Assembly: GCF_964204865.1 (NCBI RefSeq)
Contig: NC_135260.1
Span: forward strand, 10,974,001 to 11,038,000
Origin: Styela clava
Lineage: Eukaryota
Direction of reading: 5' to 3'
Length of the DNA stretch: 64,000 bases
Positions 50,369 to 63,960 of the stretch are shown here, in pieces. Numbering within the stretch: the first letter of the stretch is position 1; every line of letters begins with the position of its first letter. Under the pieces are notes generated by a model. It had not been told where the DNA came from. It worked only from the letters and a program-made list of their open reading frames with translations, and searched no databases. The translations under genes and the position numbers were made by a program.

Positions 50369-53300
50369 TTATACCAGTGTTGGTTCGGAAAGAAAATCCT
50401 GCAATTTTAAAATAAAAACTCAATGTGTAAATTAGAAAATTTCTGATTGTCAAGGTGTAGCTCTGTCAAATGTAATGAACGTCAATAAGGAAGGATTATT
50501 TTGAAGAAAAATATTTTATGCTACAACTTGATTTGAAACATATTTTGGGGATTATAATTCCATGTTTTTGGACGGAATAGAAAAAACGTCAGTGGTAAAT
50601 ATAGCAAGATAAATACACCTTTATGTGATTCTTTATCAATAGAAGTTTAATAGGCAAATAAATTTAAGTTTGCTTGGATCAGACAGAATTCACATAATAG
50701 CATTTTACAACTAACCTGTATAAATTTATCGACGTCTTCAGGATCTTCCTTTGAAGATGACTTTGTTTTTGATTTATTTTTCTCGTCCTTAAACTGGAAT
50801 TAAAATATTAAGAAATTGATATATTTCTGTTGCATTTGAACTTTATATTACTGAATTAATGGATTTCATGAATCGCATTTTCTTGTCAAACTAATTTTAC
50901 AATATTTTTGAGAAGAAGAAGACCGTAAATTATAAGGTGTGGAATGTTTTGGAGAATAAAGTTTTAATCGAGTTAAAAATAGCAATAAACTCACTCTCTC
51001 TTCTTCCATCAAACTTTTAGTGTTGTCCAAAATTTCGTTTATCATGTCATCGATTGGAGTTTCTGATTTTTCATCCATCTATCAAATATTATTATAAATT
51101 ACAAAATTTTTAATAAAATACGAATGTTACTTTAAATTAAATCGACTTTGTTTCGCCATTATGCCCTAACAGGACCCTAGACTAGACAAACAGTCTCATT
51201 TAGATAGCGATCTAATAAGATGTCGATCAATAGAGCCTAGCATGCACCAAGAGAAGTCAATCGAGAAAAAAAGTTGTACGCTGATTAATTTGTCTTCTCT
51301 ATGTTTAACTCATAGGATCTTATTGCTACGATATAATGATGAAACTTCAACTAAATAAAAAAACGTTGAAACGTATCATCATATCTTACAATTGGCTCGA
51401 GGTAGGAGGCATCTTGTTCAATAATGTATGTCGCTCGTGACATCATCTGTAAGCAATTACATCAATATTAAAATCGGTTTGGAATAATTCAATAGATTTT
51501 AAAAAGGGAATCTGAACGAAAGAGTTCGAACGCGTTTTATTGTATGCTTGCTTGTTTGTACTATTCCGACCAAAAAATAGTCTCAATGATCCGTGATAAA
51601 ATGTGGTAAAAATCTGTTCTACGATGTTGATTTCAAAAAAGAATTAAAATATATTTGATTGTTCATTTCAAATAGAAACGTCAAACGCCAACATGAAACA
51701 GTATGGGATTGAAAAAATAAAAGTCGGAAAATATTTTAATGCTATCTATCATGCTTACCTCTCTACCAACGACTTCCAATTCGCCAAATAGAATTTCATC
51801 AACCCACTGTTCACATGTTTCGTCAGTCTATAATAAATTTGTTGCTTTCATTTAATATCAACAAAATTATTTCAGTGTTATTTTATATAAATTTACTCAC
51901 AGAAATCAAAGAAGTAACATCGGCAAGTTCGCCATCAACAACGTAAGTTGCTCTTGAATCAAGCTGCAAAAAATCATTTCCATATATTGTTTTTCTTTTA
52001 AAGTTAAATATAGGATTATTTGGTTGTTAAATAACTGAAAAACATTTACTGATGTGGAAACTAAAACTTGTTAGAATATACCAGGGTTCCATGGAAGAAT
52101 ATTGTCTTTGGCACAAAGTTCACAGTTTTATTGATTCAAATTTCAAAATGCTACATAAGAAACAAAATTTAAACGAACCTCTCGAATGTTAATTTCTTCA
52201 TTGTCTTCCGAGCTCATATCCACCGATACTGATAAACTATCAAGCTGAAACAAAGACGTTGAAAAATTTATAGTCACGAACTATGGCAAAAATGAAAAGC
52301 AGAAATATTTTTGAATCGTTTTTTTTCATTTAGTGGGTATTGTTAAAATGTAATATAACTTACCTCTCGATCATCGCATTCCTCGTTGACTTTCAAACTG
52401 AAAACTGCAGCTTCCTCCTGCGATTTTCAAAAATATAATGATGATAAATAAATATAAACTTCGATTTTATTCGTAATTATAACTGACGTGTTCTAAAATA
52501 TGTCTGACAAAAAAAGTAAACTGCCATACTTGTAAAGAGTTGCAACTTGATGTCGAAAGAACATCGGTCTCATTGAGTTTCACATGATCCTATAAATATT
52601 GAACAAAATATTAAAAAAATGATAATTATTATCATTTTAGTAGACTTACTCATCATTTGATAAACGACATACTGAGAAATAAAAAGTATTTGAAAAAAAA
52701 TATAGGTGAAAAGTATCAGATTTAACGGTTTTGCATAAGATCATGGTGTAGAATTTGATGAAAAAACACGATAGAAATTAAGTTCGAAAATCAGAGGCAA
52801 AATTTTTTCGTTACTAAAAATTTTTAATAATACTGTTGATAATGTATGCTACATAGGTTTTTGAGCTTTAAGTTTGACAAATATTTCCCACGATATCGCC
52901 TTTTACCGATAATATTCAGAAAAAAAATTTTCAGCACTTCGAATTCATGCAAGACCAATTTCAACTCACTTTAATATTGGAATCGTTGGATGAATTTTCT
53001 TCAACGTTATTTTCAACCTGTTCAAGCATCCAGTTCACTCTTTCAGCTACTGCCATTGCAATCTAGTGAATATATTTTTGACAATATGCGTATCATATGA
53101 AAGTTTAAAATAAAGCAATGTTTGACTCAAACAGTTTACCTGAATGTCTGTTGTTTTCTCTTTTTCAATATCAGCAGTTTTGACCTGTAGATATAAAATT
53201 GTACTGTTAAACCTAGATTGACAGATACTTTCGCCTATCCAACTGAATTTATTTTTTCACTAGTCAGCATGACATTTTTTGCAGCATATATAAAGAGGAA

Positions 53301-56300
53301 TACTATAACACTAAAAAAGAACATAATAATGTTGTGTTTCTGTTCAAACCCAAGTATTTTGGTGAAAGATTGAGTAAACGAATCACAAAAAAAATCAATA
53401 TTTATTGCGACAAGTATAATATTTACTACTATATATACGTAAATATAAACTATTCATCAGACCTCAGGTATTCCATCTGTAACATCGTTGGCCACTTCAT
53501 ATTCCGACTCAGGAGAAGCGGTAGGTGTGATTTGTTTTGATTTGGCACAATCCTGTCATATAAATATATGTTATAATTGAATGAGATCATAATTGAAAAA
53601 AATTAGGTTAGAAATATATATACAAGTTTGAGTAGATTCTTGTAGTAGCGCTGTTAGAACAAATATTATTACATTAGACAGAATGCATTCTGAACCGAAA
53701 ACATATATAAGACCTAATTTTAGCCCTGAAGTGGACCCGAAACCTGGAATAGCCAAATAACATATCGTCGATAAGCTCGAGTTGTTTCATTCATCAACTC
53801 AAGATTTGAGATAACTTATTTGTTGTATTCCACCTCACGTCCGACCACATTTAAACTTTGAAGAATAAACTAGCAAACCCTAAACATCGATTAGCCAAAT
53901 TTATCTCTAACCTCTGATTCTTTGTTAATATTCCAGTCCGATGGAAAAGGAGGTGGTGTGTTTCCCGGCAAGCGGAAAAATGGATTCGGCTGCAACGAAG
54001 AAAAAATATATGTGTGTAATTTTTTATTACCTGTGAGCCGACACGCCTTAAAACACCTTGCTAAACAATTCTCAAGTGCACTGGAGTTATGAGAGAATTT
54101 TTTAACTATACCCCATGTTTATATATCGATATTCTAGATATAACTTACCCTATTCCAATCGGAAAAGAAACTTGGTCTTTGCTTGGCCTGAAATTGTGAA
54201 GTAATCATGTAATGAAGGCATGAATTGAAATGATATAACTTATTATATAAAAATAATTACTTCGGAAGGAGGTAATAGAGCCAGCATGTAGTCGGGCGAC
54301 TCACTTCCATCTGAATCCTGTAAATTGAAACGTAAGTATTCTGTTTTAATAGATATCACGGTCAATAATAATTTGAAGGCTTTATCAATAAAAATCTTAC
54401 CAATGACCTAATTTTAGCATATTCTATGTCCATCTGAAAAAAAAAGAATCAAATTTTAGTAAGATGTTATTGTACGCAGTGCGTCCAAGTAACAATAGTT
54501 AACATAAACTCACTCTTTCCATGTAATCGAGACTATTTCGTTCGCTCAATATTTTTTCAAATGGATGTGGAGGAGTTGGTTCTCGACTAAGATCCTGAAG
54601 AGAAATAATGAATAATATAGTCAGAGGTGTATGAGCATAAAGTAATTATACGACAAAGTGAGAAGTCTACGATTCTCATTGCCAGTAGGCTAATAATTCA
54701 AAACAACAATAAATGCGCCGAAATGAGTTGTTATTTAAACTTATCTTGGGTCGTTGCATGTATTAGATGGCACGATATAGGAATTGGCGTTTTATCCTCG
54801 TTTCATGAATTCTAGCAATATATATAGTGAAAGGTTCAATGCTTTTCTAAAACCGCCAACGCAATTCTAATTGTATATATATTGGCCTGGACAATTTACG
54901 CTCAAGTCACAAGTTATGATTTATACCTCGTCTGAAAACGACGGTGATAGCTGATACCACAAAGATGTTGCTTCCTCCTTTTTATTGTTTCTAATGCAAT
55001 GTCCTGAACAACATGCATCTTGAACTAGTCTAACAGGCTGGCTGCATACGGAACGGCTTATCGTGACATCTGGTGCCTGTGGTGTCAACTGATAAAACAA
55101 AAATAAAGAACGTTTTCTTATCAACTTTAATCCCGACATTGAATAGCTTTGGCCTTTATTTTGTTTTTGGTTTTCACGTACACAATGAAGTAATGCACGT
55201 AAATTATATATAAATGTGAACGTGGTTGGATATTCATCAGAATGAATAGTAGGCCTATGTCCTATGTTTTATGGACGCTTGGCTAGAGGCTTGTTGGTAA
55301 AAATCGGCAAATTCTTCACGAAAAGTGTAAACTACCTGGATTGTAGATGTGTATTTTCCTATCGGATGATCTTCTTCAAAACTCTCCGTTTCTCTCTCTT
55401 GACTTTGCATGCATACACACAGCTGAAAATTATACGAGTTTGAAATTTCTCGATTTTCTTGTTTATAAAAATATTCACCAGAGATCAATCGATAACAAAA
55501 TATTGTTACTTCAGTTCTGACCGGATGATGTAGTAGAGATGTGGTGTTAGAATAAAATAAAAAAATCTGTGACCGTGACCACAGCTTGATAAAACTTTTG
55601 ACCCGAAAACAGTTATCAAAAAATGACCTATTGTATTTAGAGACAACAAATTTAAGAAACACTTGACTTGTACTGCATTGTAACCTATTTCTAAAACTGC
55701 AGTAATCAGATTCATTTGTCAAACAAATGCGAGTAAGATGCTACGACACTGATAGTTCGTGACTCAATAACAGAGATACGAACCTTGCTAGACTGTTTCC
55801 TTGCCCAGTCACGAATGATATTCAAGATTGTAGGAGGCAACTCTCCTTTGGATGGATCCTGGAAGGCCAATGCATGTAATAACCTTTTTTAATTATATCG
55901 AAGGGCAGATCTCAAAAAAGTAAGAAGGATTTGTGCTGTAGGGATCCTGGTCATACCTTTTCTTCGGACATAGGCTTACATTTATTAAGACGTTAGCTAA
56001 GTGTTTTCATAAGACAATTAGGGAAGGCTAGTGTTTGCATTTATTATCCAATTTTCTCGGAATTGCAATCGAAGTCAAAACTTTTTTCAGTCCAGAGTCG
56101 GGGGCCGAAGACAAGTTTGAGCCTGAGTCGTTTATTAATATGTTAAGAGTCTGGTGCGTATTTCTCTAACTATGCGGAATTTCTTTTCTACAAGCAAAAG
56201 AATTCTACGTTAAATTCTATCCCAACATCACTGTGTTGCGAAAATTGAAAATGGGGGGAAAATAAGTCCATCTATCTGTTTTGTTTTGTCTTGTGTTAGC

Positions 56301-56799
56301 TATATCTATATTATCTGGCCGGTGTAGACGCCCTACTTATGGTTGAACGACATTTCAAGGCTTGACTAAAATATCGTCAATTTAAATATATATATATATG
56401 ATTACACCAACTATTATCGGATTTCGAGGATTGGTTAGGGTTTTGTACACAAGCTACAGTAATTTAGACATTAACCGCGAACAAATAAATTATGACGTCA
56501 TAGATCTGTACAGAAGCAAATGCATTTCATTCATGGAAAAGCTTAATCTTGTATGCTGAAATCGCGCCATTTTACCCTGCTCCTACTAAGAAGAATATCA
56601 ACCCTTATATCAATATAATATTTATATCTTTGTTAAGTTATACCATTGAAATATTTTATCCAACCTTTTCGAGCTCCTCCTTTTGCCTCCTGCAAAAAAG
56701 TTTGGCACATTTTTTAAAAGCTTTGACTGCTTTGTTTATAGATTTTTGCCATCCCACTTGGCGTCTGAATACTCGAATTCTTCTTTTTCCTTGACCCAT
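50369..56799 (-). CDS. Orphan ~520-aa protein (basic N-terminus, acidic low-complexity remainder) encoded by ~23 small symmetric phase-0 exons
   Basis: Exons (nt): 56799-56665 (135), 55974-55957 (18, tentative), 55858-55784 (75), 55422-55336 (87), 55088-54927 (162), 54594-54514 (81), 54433-54401 (33), 54340-54305 (36), 54187-54149 (39), 54060-54031 (30), 53989-53912 (78), 53552-53463 (90), 53184-53140 (45), 53062-52970 (93), 52589-52530 (60), 52417-52364 (54), 52244-52179 (66), 51963-51901 (63), 51827-51759 (69), 51446-51390 (57), 51078-50995 (84), 50793-50716 (78), 50398-50369 (30, stop). All GT-AG and stop-free in frame 0. Confidence 0.72.
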
Positions 56800-58258
56800 T
56801 TTCTACGAAGAAATAGGAATATTGAATAAACAACGAATTCCAAAAACTATTTCAGATAATACGAAAAAATATCGAGCAACTTACCATAGGTGTAGAAATT
56901 GGAATAAAATACAATTTTCATAAGTGTAACGAGTTGATAAAGTCCATTGTTTGCGAACATTTAGAACCTTTAGTGACGTCATAATACAAATCCGTTACCA
57001 GCTATCAACACGTCAGATGGTCACAATTTATGGTGAGATAGGGCTCAGGGATAAAACATCATCTATCGATCGTACTTCAGTTCAGGTTTGTTATGGAAAT
57101 AGCTAATTTTACAGTTAATCCAACCAAACGCATGGAATGGAAACGTATGCCTTATCGCGTTGTTCAAATGGTCTTTATGACTTTTCGCTAAGTTGTCAAC
57201 TGCATTCTCAAGTCGTCAAAGCCGGAATAAATAAATTTACTGTCACATGACCAAAGCATTTTGCTAACCCCTTCCCTGTGAGATATAAAAAAATCATCTG
57301 TATCATACATAGCAAGTAGTTTGAAACGCATTTTAGACCTTCAAGATTCTCGAAACCCCACGTTTTCCGGCCCCAGCCGGACACGATAGCGGTTGACAAA
57401 TTTCGACCCACCCCCATTCGAAAATTCCTGGATACGTCCCTGAATTACGCGGCCTAATCATATGGAGAACGACGGTTTGCGAGCGCATTCAGTACTGGGG
57501 ATGGAAAAGCACTGATATGGTTGGAAAACAGCGTGTCAGTGAGCCTAGCCAATGTGCGTAGTGAATAGTGGGCGTAGGTAGGTAAATTTGCAAAATTGCA
57601 CTGATTTTTTCCGTCCTTAAGAAAGCAATTTTTTTGCTTTATCGAATATTTGTGAACTGTTATGCTAATTATTATACCCTATTGAATTTTATTTTTGGAT
57701 CTTCCCAAGTTTAAATACGATATCGTGGATGTTTTAGTCATGATTGTCGAACAAGGAAAACAGCATATTCATCCGAATGACTACATTTATCATCGTACCA
57801 CCCACTCCTTTCAAAACTTTAATTCACATACCTCAGGCAACAACACACAATTCTTTCCAAATTAAATAAAATTTAAATATTATACAGGCTTAATTATTCG
57901 CTGTGCAGACGTCGATCATGCCCGATTTCGCTCCAAAACTCACATCGCGCATTTTCCAAATCAAGCGGAAAAGGCGCGTACTCTTCCCCATGATATACAA
58001 TGCCGATATGTAAAAGTCAGTTAGTCATTGTTCCGATGGACAGAAAGGAAGCAGGGTATATAAAACGCCAATCGATAGTTTTTACAATATAACTTCTGAA
58101 ATAGATTTGACGTAAATCTGTATATATTGCCAAACATAGCGCATATTGAAATGATTTAATGAAAAATATACATGTATCATAGTTTAAATAAAATATGTAA
58201 CTAAATTTACTGAAAAATTGAACAATAATCTTTTTACTTTGATACTGAACGTCTAATG

Positions 58259-59640
58259 CAGGGGTGGCCAACCTTTCACATACCATGCGCCACGTTTTAA
58301 ACATAATGTTTCAGATGCGCCGTTAATCTCTTGTATTCCCACGCCTAATGTCCGCTTCTTGTTGAAATTATATAAATTTATAATACACACACATATATAC
58401 ACACGTATATGTAGTTTTTACAATTTACAACTTCACATGAATAGAAATTAAGCAAGGAAGTATAATAAATAAAACTGATCAATTTTATTTTTAAGTACCG
58501 CCTTTATGAGACTTTTGCTGCTGTTTTAATTTCGCCATTTTTTTTTATTCTTGGAGTTAAGTTTGTTACTGAGAGGAGGAGTGCATTCTTCAAATTTAAA
58601 TCTGTAAGTCTTGACCTCGCTTTGCTTTTAATTAGTTTCATGGCAGAAAATGTTTGTTCACATCTATATGTCGTTCCGAAACGACATATAAAACCCTGGG
58701 CAAATTTTCTCAGTTCTGGAAAATTTTCACGGGGTAACGATTGCCAGAACTTGATCATGTCAGATGCACTTGGGACTGAAGAAAGCTCATCAAATTTAAT
58801 TGTGACGCCATGCTTCAAGTAAAAACTACAGCCTTCCTGAAAGTAGGAGAAAAACGCATTCTGTCTTATGAGCATTACGCAATAAAGCTGTTTTTAACAA
58901 CGAAGAGAAAAAGGTACGATTAAGAAGTAAAGTTAGGCGTAATATTGTGACAACAGGCCTTTAGTATCAATATCTACTCTACCCTCGATTCTAATCGGCC
59001 TTTGCTAATCAGCTGTTTGGCCTAGCGTCGCGTGACTTTACTCCAGGCTTCTTCGAGATTAGAACTTGCGTCACAGCAAGCGATTTTACGCTTCGCTTTT
59101 GTTGACAACGGTCATTTGAGGTTTGGATGAAAAAGGTGGTATTTAGGGGTCATTTTCAGCATGTTGTGGGTTGATTTATAATAATTTTTTTAGGCTTGGG
59201 CAATTCAACTGGTTGTTCAATAGTTATTGGGAAGTCTGGGCAATGGAAAATCCATGTTTCAAGCTGATAAATGACGATTTTCTATTTTTCCAGAAGTTCT
59301 GAACTTTTTACTTCAGTAGGGAAAAAATAGTAAACTTTACTAATTTTTGCTAAAAGTCTAGATTCTAGAATGAATGTCATAAAGTCCGTCCAAAAGCTAA
59401 CGTCGATAATCGCCTGTTGTTTCTAATTCCAACAAGCCGTAAGTGAGCGACGTGGAGTAAGGAGAATAGATTTTAGGTACAACCAAAAGTCACCATGTAA
59501 ATCGCAAAAAAACGGCTTGGCGTGGAGAAGCCAAGTGCAATTAACAATTTTGGCATGAAAAAGGTTGAAGATGCAATGCGCCACCTCTAATCATGCAATG
59601 CGCCACGTTTGGCGCATGCGCCATAGGTTGGCCACCCCTG
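58259..59640 (-). mobile_element. Non-autonomous hAT (Buster/SPIN/Charlie-type) deletion derivative
   Basis: Perfect 16-bp TIR CAGGGGTGGCCAACCT, TSD GTCTAATG/GTCTAGTG, ATGCGCCA subterminal repeats. Confidence 0.92.
58504..58800 (-). pseudogene. C-terminal fragment of a hAT (Buster/GTF2IRD2-like) transposase, dimerization domain
   Basis: FWQSLPRENFPELRKFAQGFICRFGTTYRCEQTFSAMKLIKSKARSRLTD. Confidence 0.88.
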
Positions 59641-59665
59641 GTCTAGTGCGACAAACAGCATGTTC

Positions 59666-59718
59666 TATGAAATGCAATAAAAAAATAAAATAAAATAAAA
59701 TAAAATAAAAAATAAAAA
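59666..59718 (+). mobile_element. Extremely 5'-truncated retroposed insertion (polyA signal plus (TAAAA)n tail)
   Basis: Flanked by an exact 16-bp direct repeat GACAAACAGCATGTTC (59650-59665, 59719-59734). Confidence 0.65.
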
Positions 59719-62700
59719 GACAAACAGCATGTTCCACCTTTTTTTTGTTGTTCTGCTATTTTCTTACGCCGCCTAGACATGTGATTCCTAATAACGAATG
59801 AAAAAGCGCCTTCATTTTGCGGTCTTCTCCACCTTCTTTGTTTCTTTATTATAATCACACTTTTTTCTTGCCACGTCAAAATTTGTCTGCGCTCAGGCGG
59901 TTTTTTCAAATTTGACGTCGTCAGGTGAGCACTGATTTTATGTTTGTGAATTTTTAGGTTTAAAGGTTTATGTGCGTACTTGTGTGGGTAATTTTTTCAT
60001 GATCCAACGCTTGTATCTTCAGCCATTTTTCATAGCTATACTAATGCAGTTAAACTAAGTTATGGGGTACAATTATTGATTCAAATGTCTACAAAGTGGA
60101 ATTGAGATTACAAGATCTGAAATTGATGAGATAATCTAAATCGGCAATAAGTATTAGAGATAATTTAATTCTTTCAGTTAGTTAGCCCATAGCGTAATAC
60201 AAAATGATTCCTAGTGTGTAATTATTGAATCAAAGACGACGGCGTAAACAAATGGAGGCGATCGAGAACAATGAAATGTTCGAGTTAGAACAAGTAAGAA
60301 ACCCAAAACCGTACTCAAATTTACGCTTTGGATATATTCCATATACGGTATACGAATTGCCCTATTCCTGCTTTTAGCTTGTGTTAGCTCTTATTCAACC
60401 TATATAGGGCCATGTTACCTATTTCAGATGGTGTTTATGCAAACTGACTGAACGTAAACAAGCTGCGAATGTTGACATCGGAAACTGCTGCTTGAGCGGA
60501 ACAAAAACTACGGTTAAACAAATATTTATTAAATTGTAGATTACAGTTAGGCCATAATATAGCACTAGATTGAATTGAGAGTATAATTGTGTTGAATCAA
60601 AGACCCCTGGGAAGATATGCCTGTGCAATGATGTTTGGACCATTTCATAAATACGATCTACATCATTGATGAATTAAAAACTCAACAGAGATGCGGTTGT
60701 GTTGGGATGTTCCGGATATAGTACAGGTGATATTATTTGCCTCAATTTTTTTTTCAAATTATTTCAACGGTCACTTCTTTTGTTGTTTATATCCAAACCT
60801 TTTTTTTTCATGTCAAGAATTTACGTGAGGCCTAAGTAGCGTTCACTTTTTCCATATCTTTCACAGTTATTATACTAATGCAGTTAAACCTAGGTTTGAG
60901 CTATATTTTTGATTCTGTAACGTAGAATGTTGTGTTGCTGCTATGAATGGTCTTCTATCTGCGTACTTATCCGATAGTCCCGTCGACTACCTACTACTTA
61001 TTATATATTAGACTTCTAGAATCTGGACTCCGATATAAAGCACTATATTAATCAGGTGGTATACGTGTTCTATTGAGAATCCTTGAATGGGATAGTTGCG
61101 GGTTGCCTCCTATATTTCCTACCTTCTCCCCCTTTTTTCGCTTTTCTGTCTGTGCTATTTTGGGTTATTTAATAGCTTTTGGAACTTTTCCGTTTTGTGG
61201 ATAAATTCTCTATCTTTATTTAGTACTTTTTCAGAAAGGAGTTTTTTTTTACCCAATCAGAAACAAGTTCGTTTCGTTTTTGATAGGAGCGATTTTGGTT
61301 GGGCAATACTAATATTATGTCCGGTTTATAGCAACGGCGCAGTAATTAAGGTCAAATATATTGTAACTATATATATAGCAAAATAGATTGAAATAGCATA
61401 GATTTCATGGGAATTACGATGATCTCATTGTTTTAAGAACATGAGATCATTGTTTTATGCAGGTGGAAAAATACCTGTGTTCCTTTAAAGTCCGCATCAA
61501 AAATTAAGTCTGCATATTCGATAATTTTTGCAAAGTAGCAATTGAAAATTTGTTACAATTCAATTGTCTACCAAGTGGGACTGTCGAGGTGGAATGAAAA
61601 CGAAAGACACGTGGACTAATAGCTAAAGATAAACTAAATAATAATACAGTTAGGCCATAACATGATCGTTGCCGAATTCCTGACTCGAAGACTCACGGAA
61701 ATTTAGTTGAAGAGATGCGATCAAGGATTAATAGGATGATTGTTAATTTATTTACATTTATAAGTGCACAACCGCATGGCAATATAGTATACAATCTTGG
61801 TCAAACCAAGTGTTAGGATTCCGTCAGTGTCATTGTATTGTCTTCTTAGATTACCTTTAACATGAATCTGATTACATATAGGTTTTATACTACTGGGCTC
61901 TTGCGCTGAGAAACCTATATATATTTGTTGTAAGTGCATTCAGATTTACATTTTGAATAGTCTTCCAATTATTCGTCCTTTCGGCTGTTTGACAAATTCA
62001 TTTATTCTAACGGCAATTAATAAATGATTTGGCTTCATTTACAGCTTTCTCGTTTCTTTGCAGGCGATTTATATGTTTTTACAGTTATATGTTTATTAAT
62101 GCAGTTAGCCTAAAATTATTGATCTGGGTGGAATTGTATCACAAATTCTGAAATTGTTGGCATCGGGATCTGTTGGAGGAAATGCGGTTGAATGAACATT
62201 TATCCAGTTAAGTATGAAGTATTAGATTGATATTGATGATTGGGAATCTGCGGTCCGGGTTAAAGTCGTTTCATTTATTGTAACTTTCGTATTTTGTGAA
62301 GCCAATACCCTAGTAAGATTTCCGTCTACCATTGCGAATTGCGAGTGTTTTTGTTGAGGAAGGCAATAAGTAAGATAAAAATCTGTCCTACGCAATAAGT
62401 AATTCACCCTTTGTAAGGATTGCCCTTCGAATTTTCTTTTGCACGTTCAGACAAAAGTAGATAAGAGACAATCTTCGGCATAGCTGGACATGGCAGCTAC
62501 AAGTGCGTTTTTATCAACACAGTCATTAAATATAACCCATGTGACGACTGATAGCGACGGGGTAATTACTTGGTATTAGTTTCAATATTATTAGACACGA
62601 ACTGAACATATCGTTATGCTATTATGTTGTTGTTTTTTTGTTCATGTTCATTTCCTTGTTAGTATCTTTTTTTTTTTAAATTTCAGAAATTTGAAATCGG

Positions 62701-63809
62701 TGATTGAATTTCTTCAAACGCAAAAGGAAACGTTTTCATTTGAAAAGCAAGAGGAGTGACTTTGCGATACGTCTCAAATATAAGAAAGTATGTAAGTTAT
62801 TATTATTTTTTTCAATTTGAATCATGGTTTATTTTTATTAAAAACAAACTTCAAAATTCATTTTTTTTAATAATACTTAACGGGCTTAATCAGAATCCGA
62901 TGTTTGTGTTACCGAAATCGTGGTGTGCAATTAGTTCTTAATGTATTTAATGGAAGCTGAAAACTGTTTATGAAATTTATGTAGTATTTCCGCTGCGTCT
63001 GAGACAAAAACAAGCAAGCATTAAACAATTTAATTAAAAAATATTGTAATTACCTTCAAAAATTTTCAACGTACAGTGTTTTCTGCAGTGGTTTTATTTT
63101 GCTTCGGAAATTGTCAATCGGTGCTTAAAAGTATCCAATGTGAGTGAAAAACATGTGGAGCATAGTACGGCTTTCCGGCGTGTCTCAAGCATAAGCAAGG
63201 TATGTTAACTTTTTATCATAGTCTCTTTTAAATTTATTTCCCTTTAACGTTCCGAAACGAGGAGAATTGTGCTCAGTATTTGCTGAAATACAACTACTAA
63301 TATTCTGTATTTCTTCAATAATAATATTACCATAATAGATAATATTAACACTTAAAATGTACAAAAGTGTGAGTGCGCATGATCCATCAATTCAAAAAAT
63401 AATAAAAAGTTCCAAAATAGGCGAAGTGGAGTTTTAACGATAAAGGTTGGAACACTGCTCAAAAATTACTCTTACTCTTTGCAAGTGGCCGTGTTTCATA
63501 ATTCACACTGAAATTAAATTGCTATCATTTATTCCAAGCCGAAACATTCTATCTGTACCGGCATAGGCATCTATGTGTTAAGTGAAATAAAAATAAATGC
63601 AAAATAGCAATGGCGGAGGTCATTTCGCTTTTGCTGAAATCATAAAGGCGTTTTTAATTGGGCTGGAATATTTCGGATTCGATAGTTTCTTAACTTGTAT
63701 TCTATCATGCAGGTTATGTCCTTGTTACGAGGATAAACGAATAAGGTGAAAGCGAATCTCACGAATCGAAAGTTTGTTGAAGTAAGTGTAGATATATATA
63801 TTTGTCTTT

Positions 63810-63960
63810 ATATATTTATCACAGAGGGAGAGGAAATCCGTAAGACGGCTTGATTACGTGGACATCACGGCTTCTCGTCCGGTGATCAGTCTATATCGCC
63901 TATCGGGATTAGTTAGCTAGTTATTATTAGTCTTGGATGCATGAACTCAATGACGGAAGT
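63810..63960 (-). mobile_element. Diverged 3' fragment of the tRNA-SINE family seen at 29668
   Basis: Reverse complement matches ACCGGACGAGA.GCCGTG, AAGCCGTCTTA, TTTCCTCTCCC..TG.GATAAATAT. Confidence 0.7.

Noticed and set aside
52650-52671. 22-nt candidate exon in the micro-exon gene
   Set aside because: It would shift the frame and stop in the next exon; excluded from the model, though a poison exon cannot be ruled out
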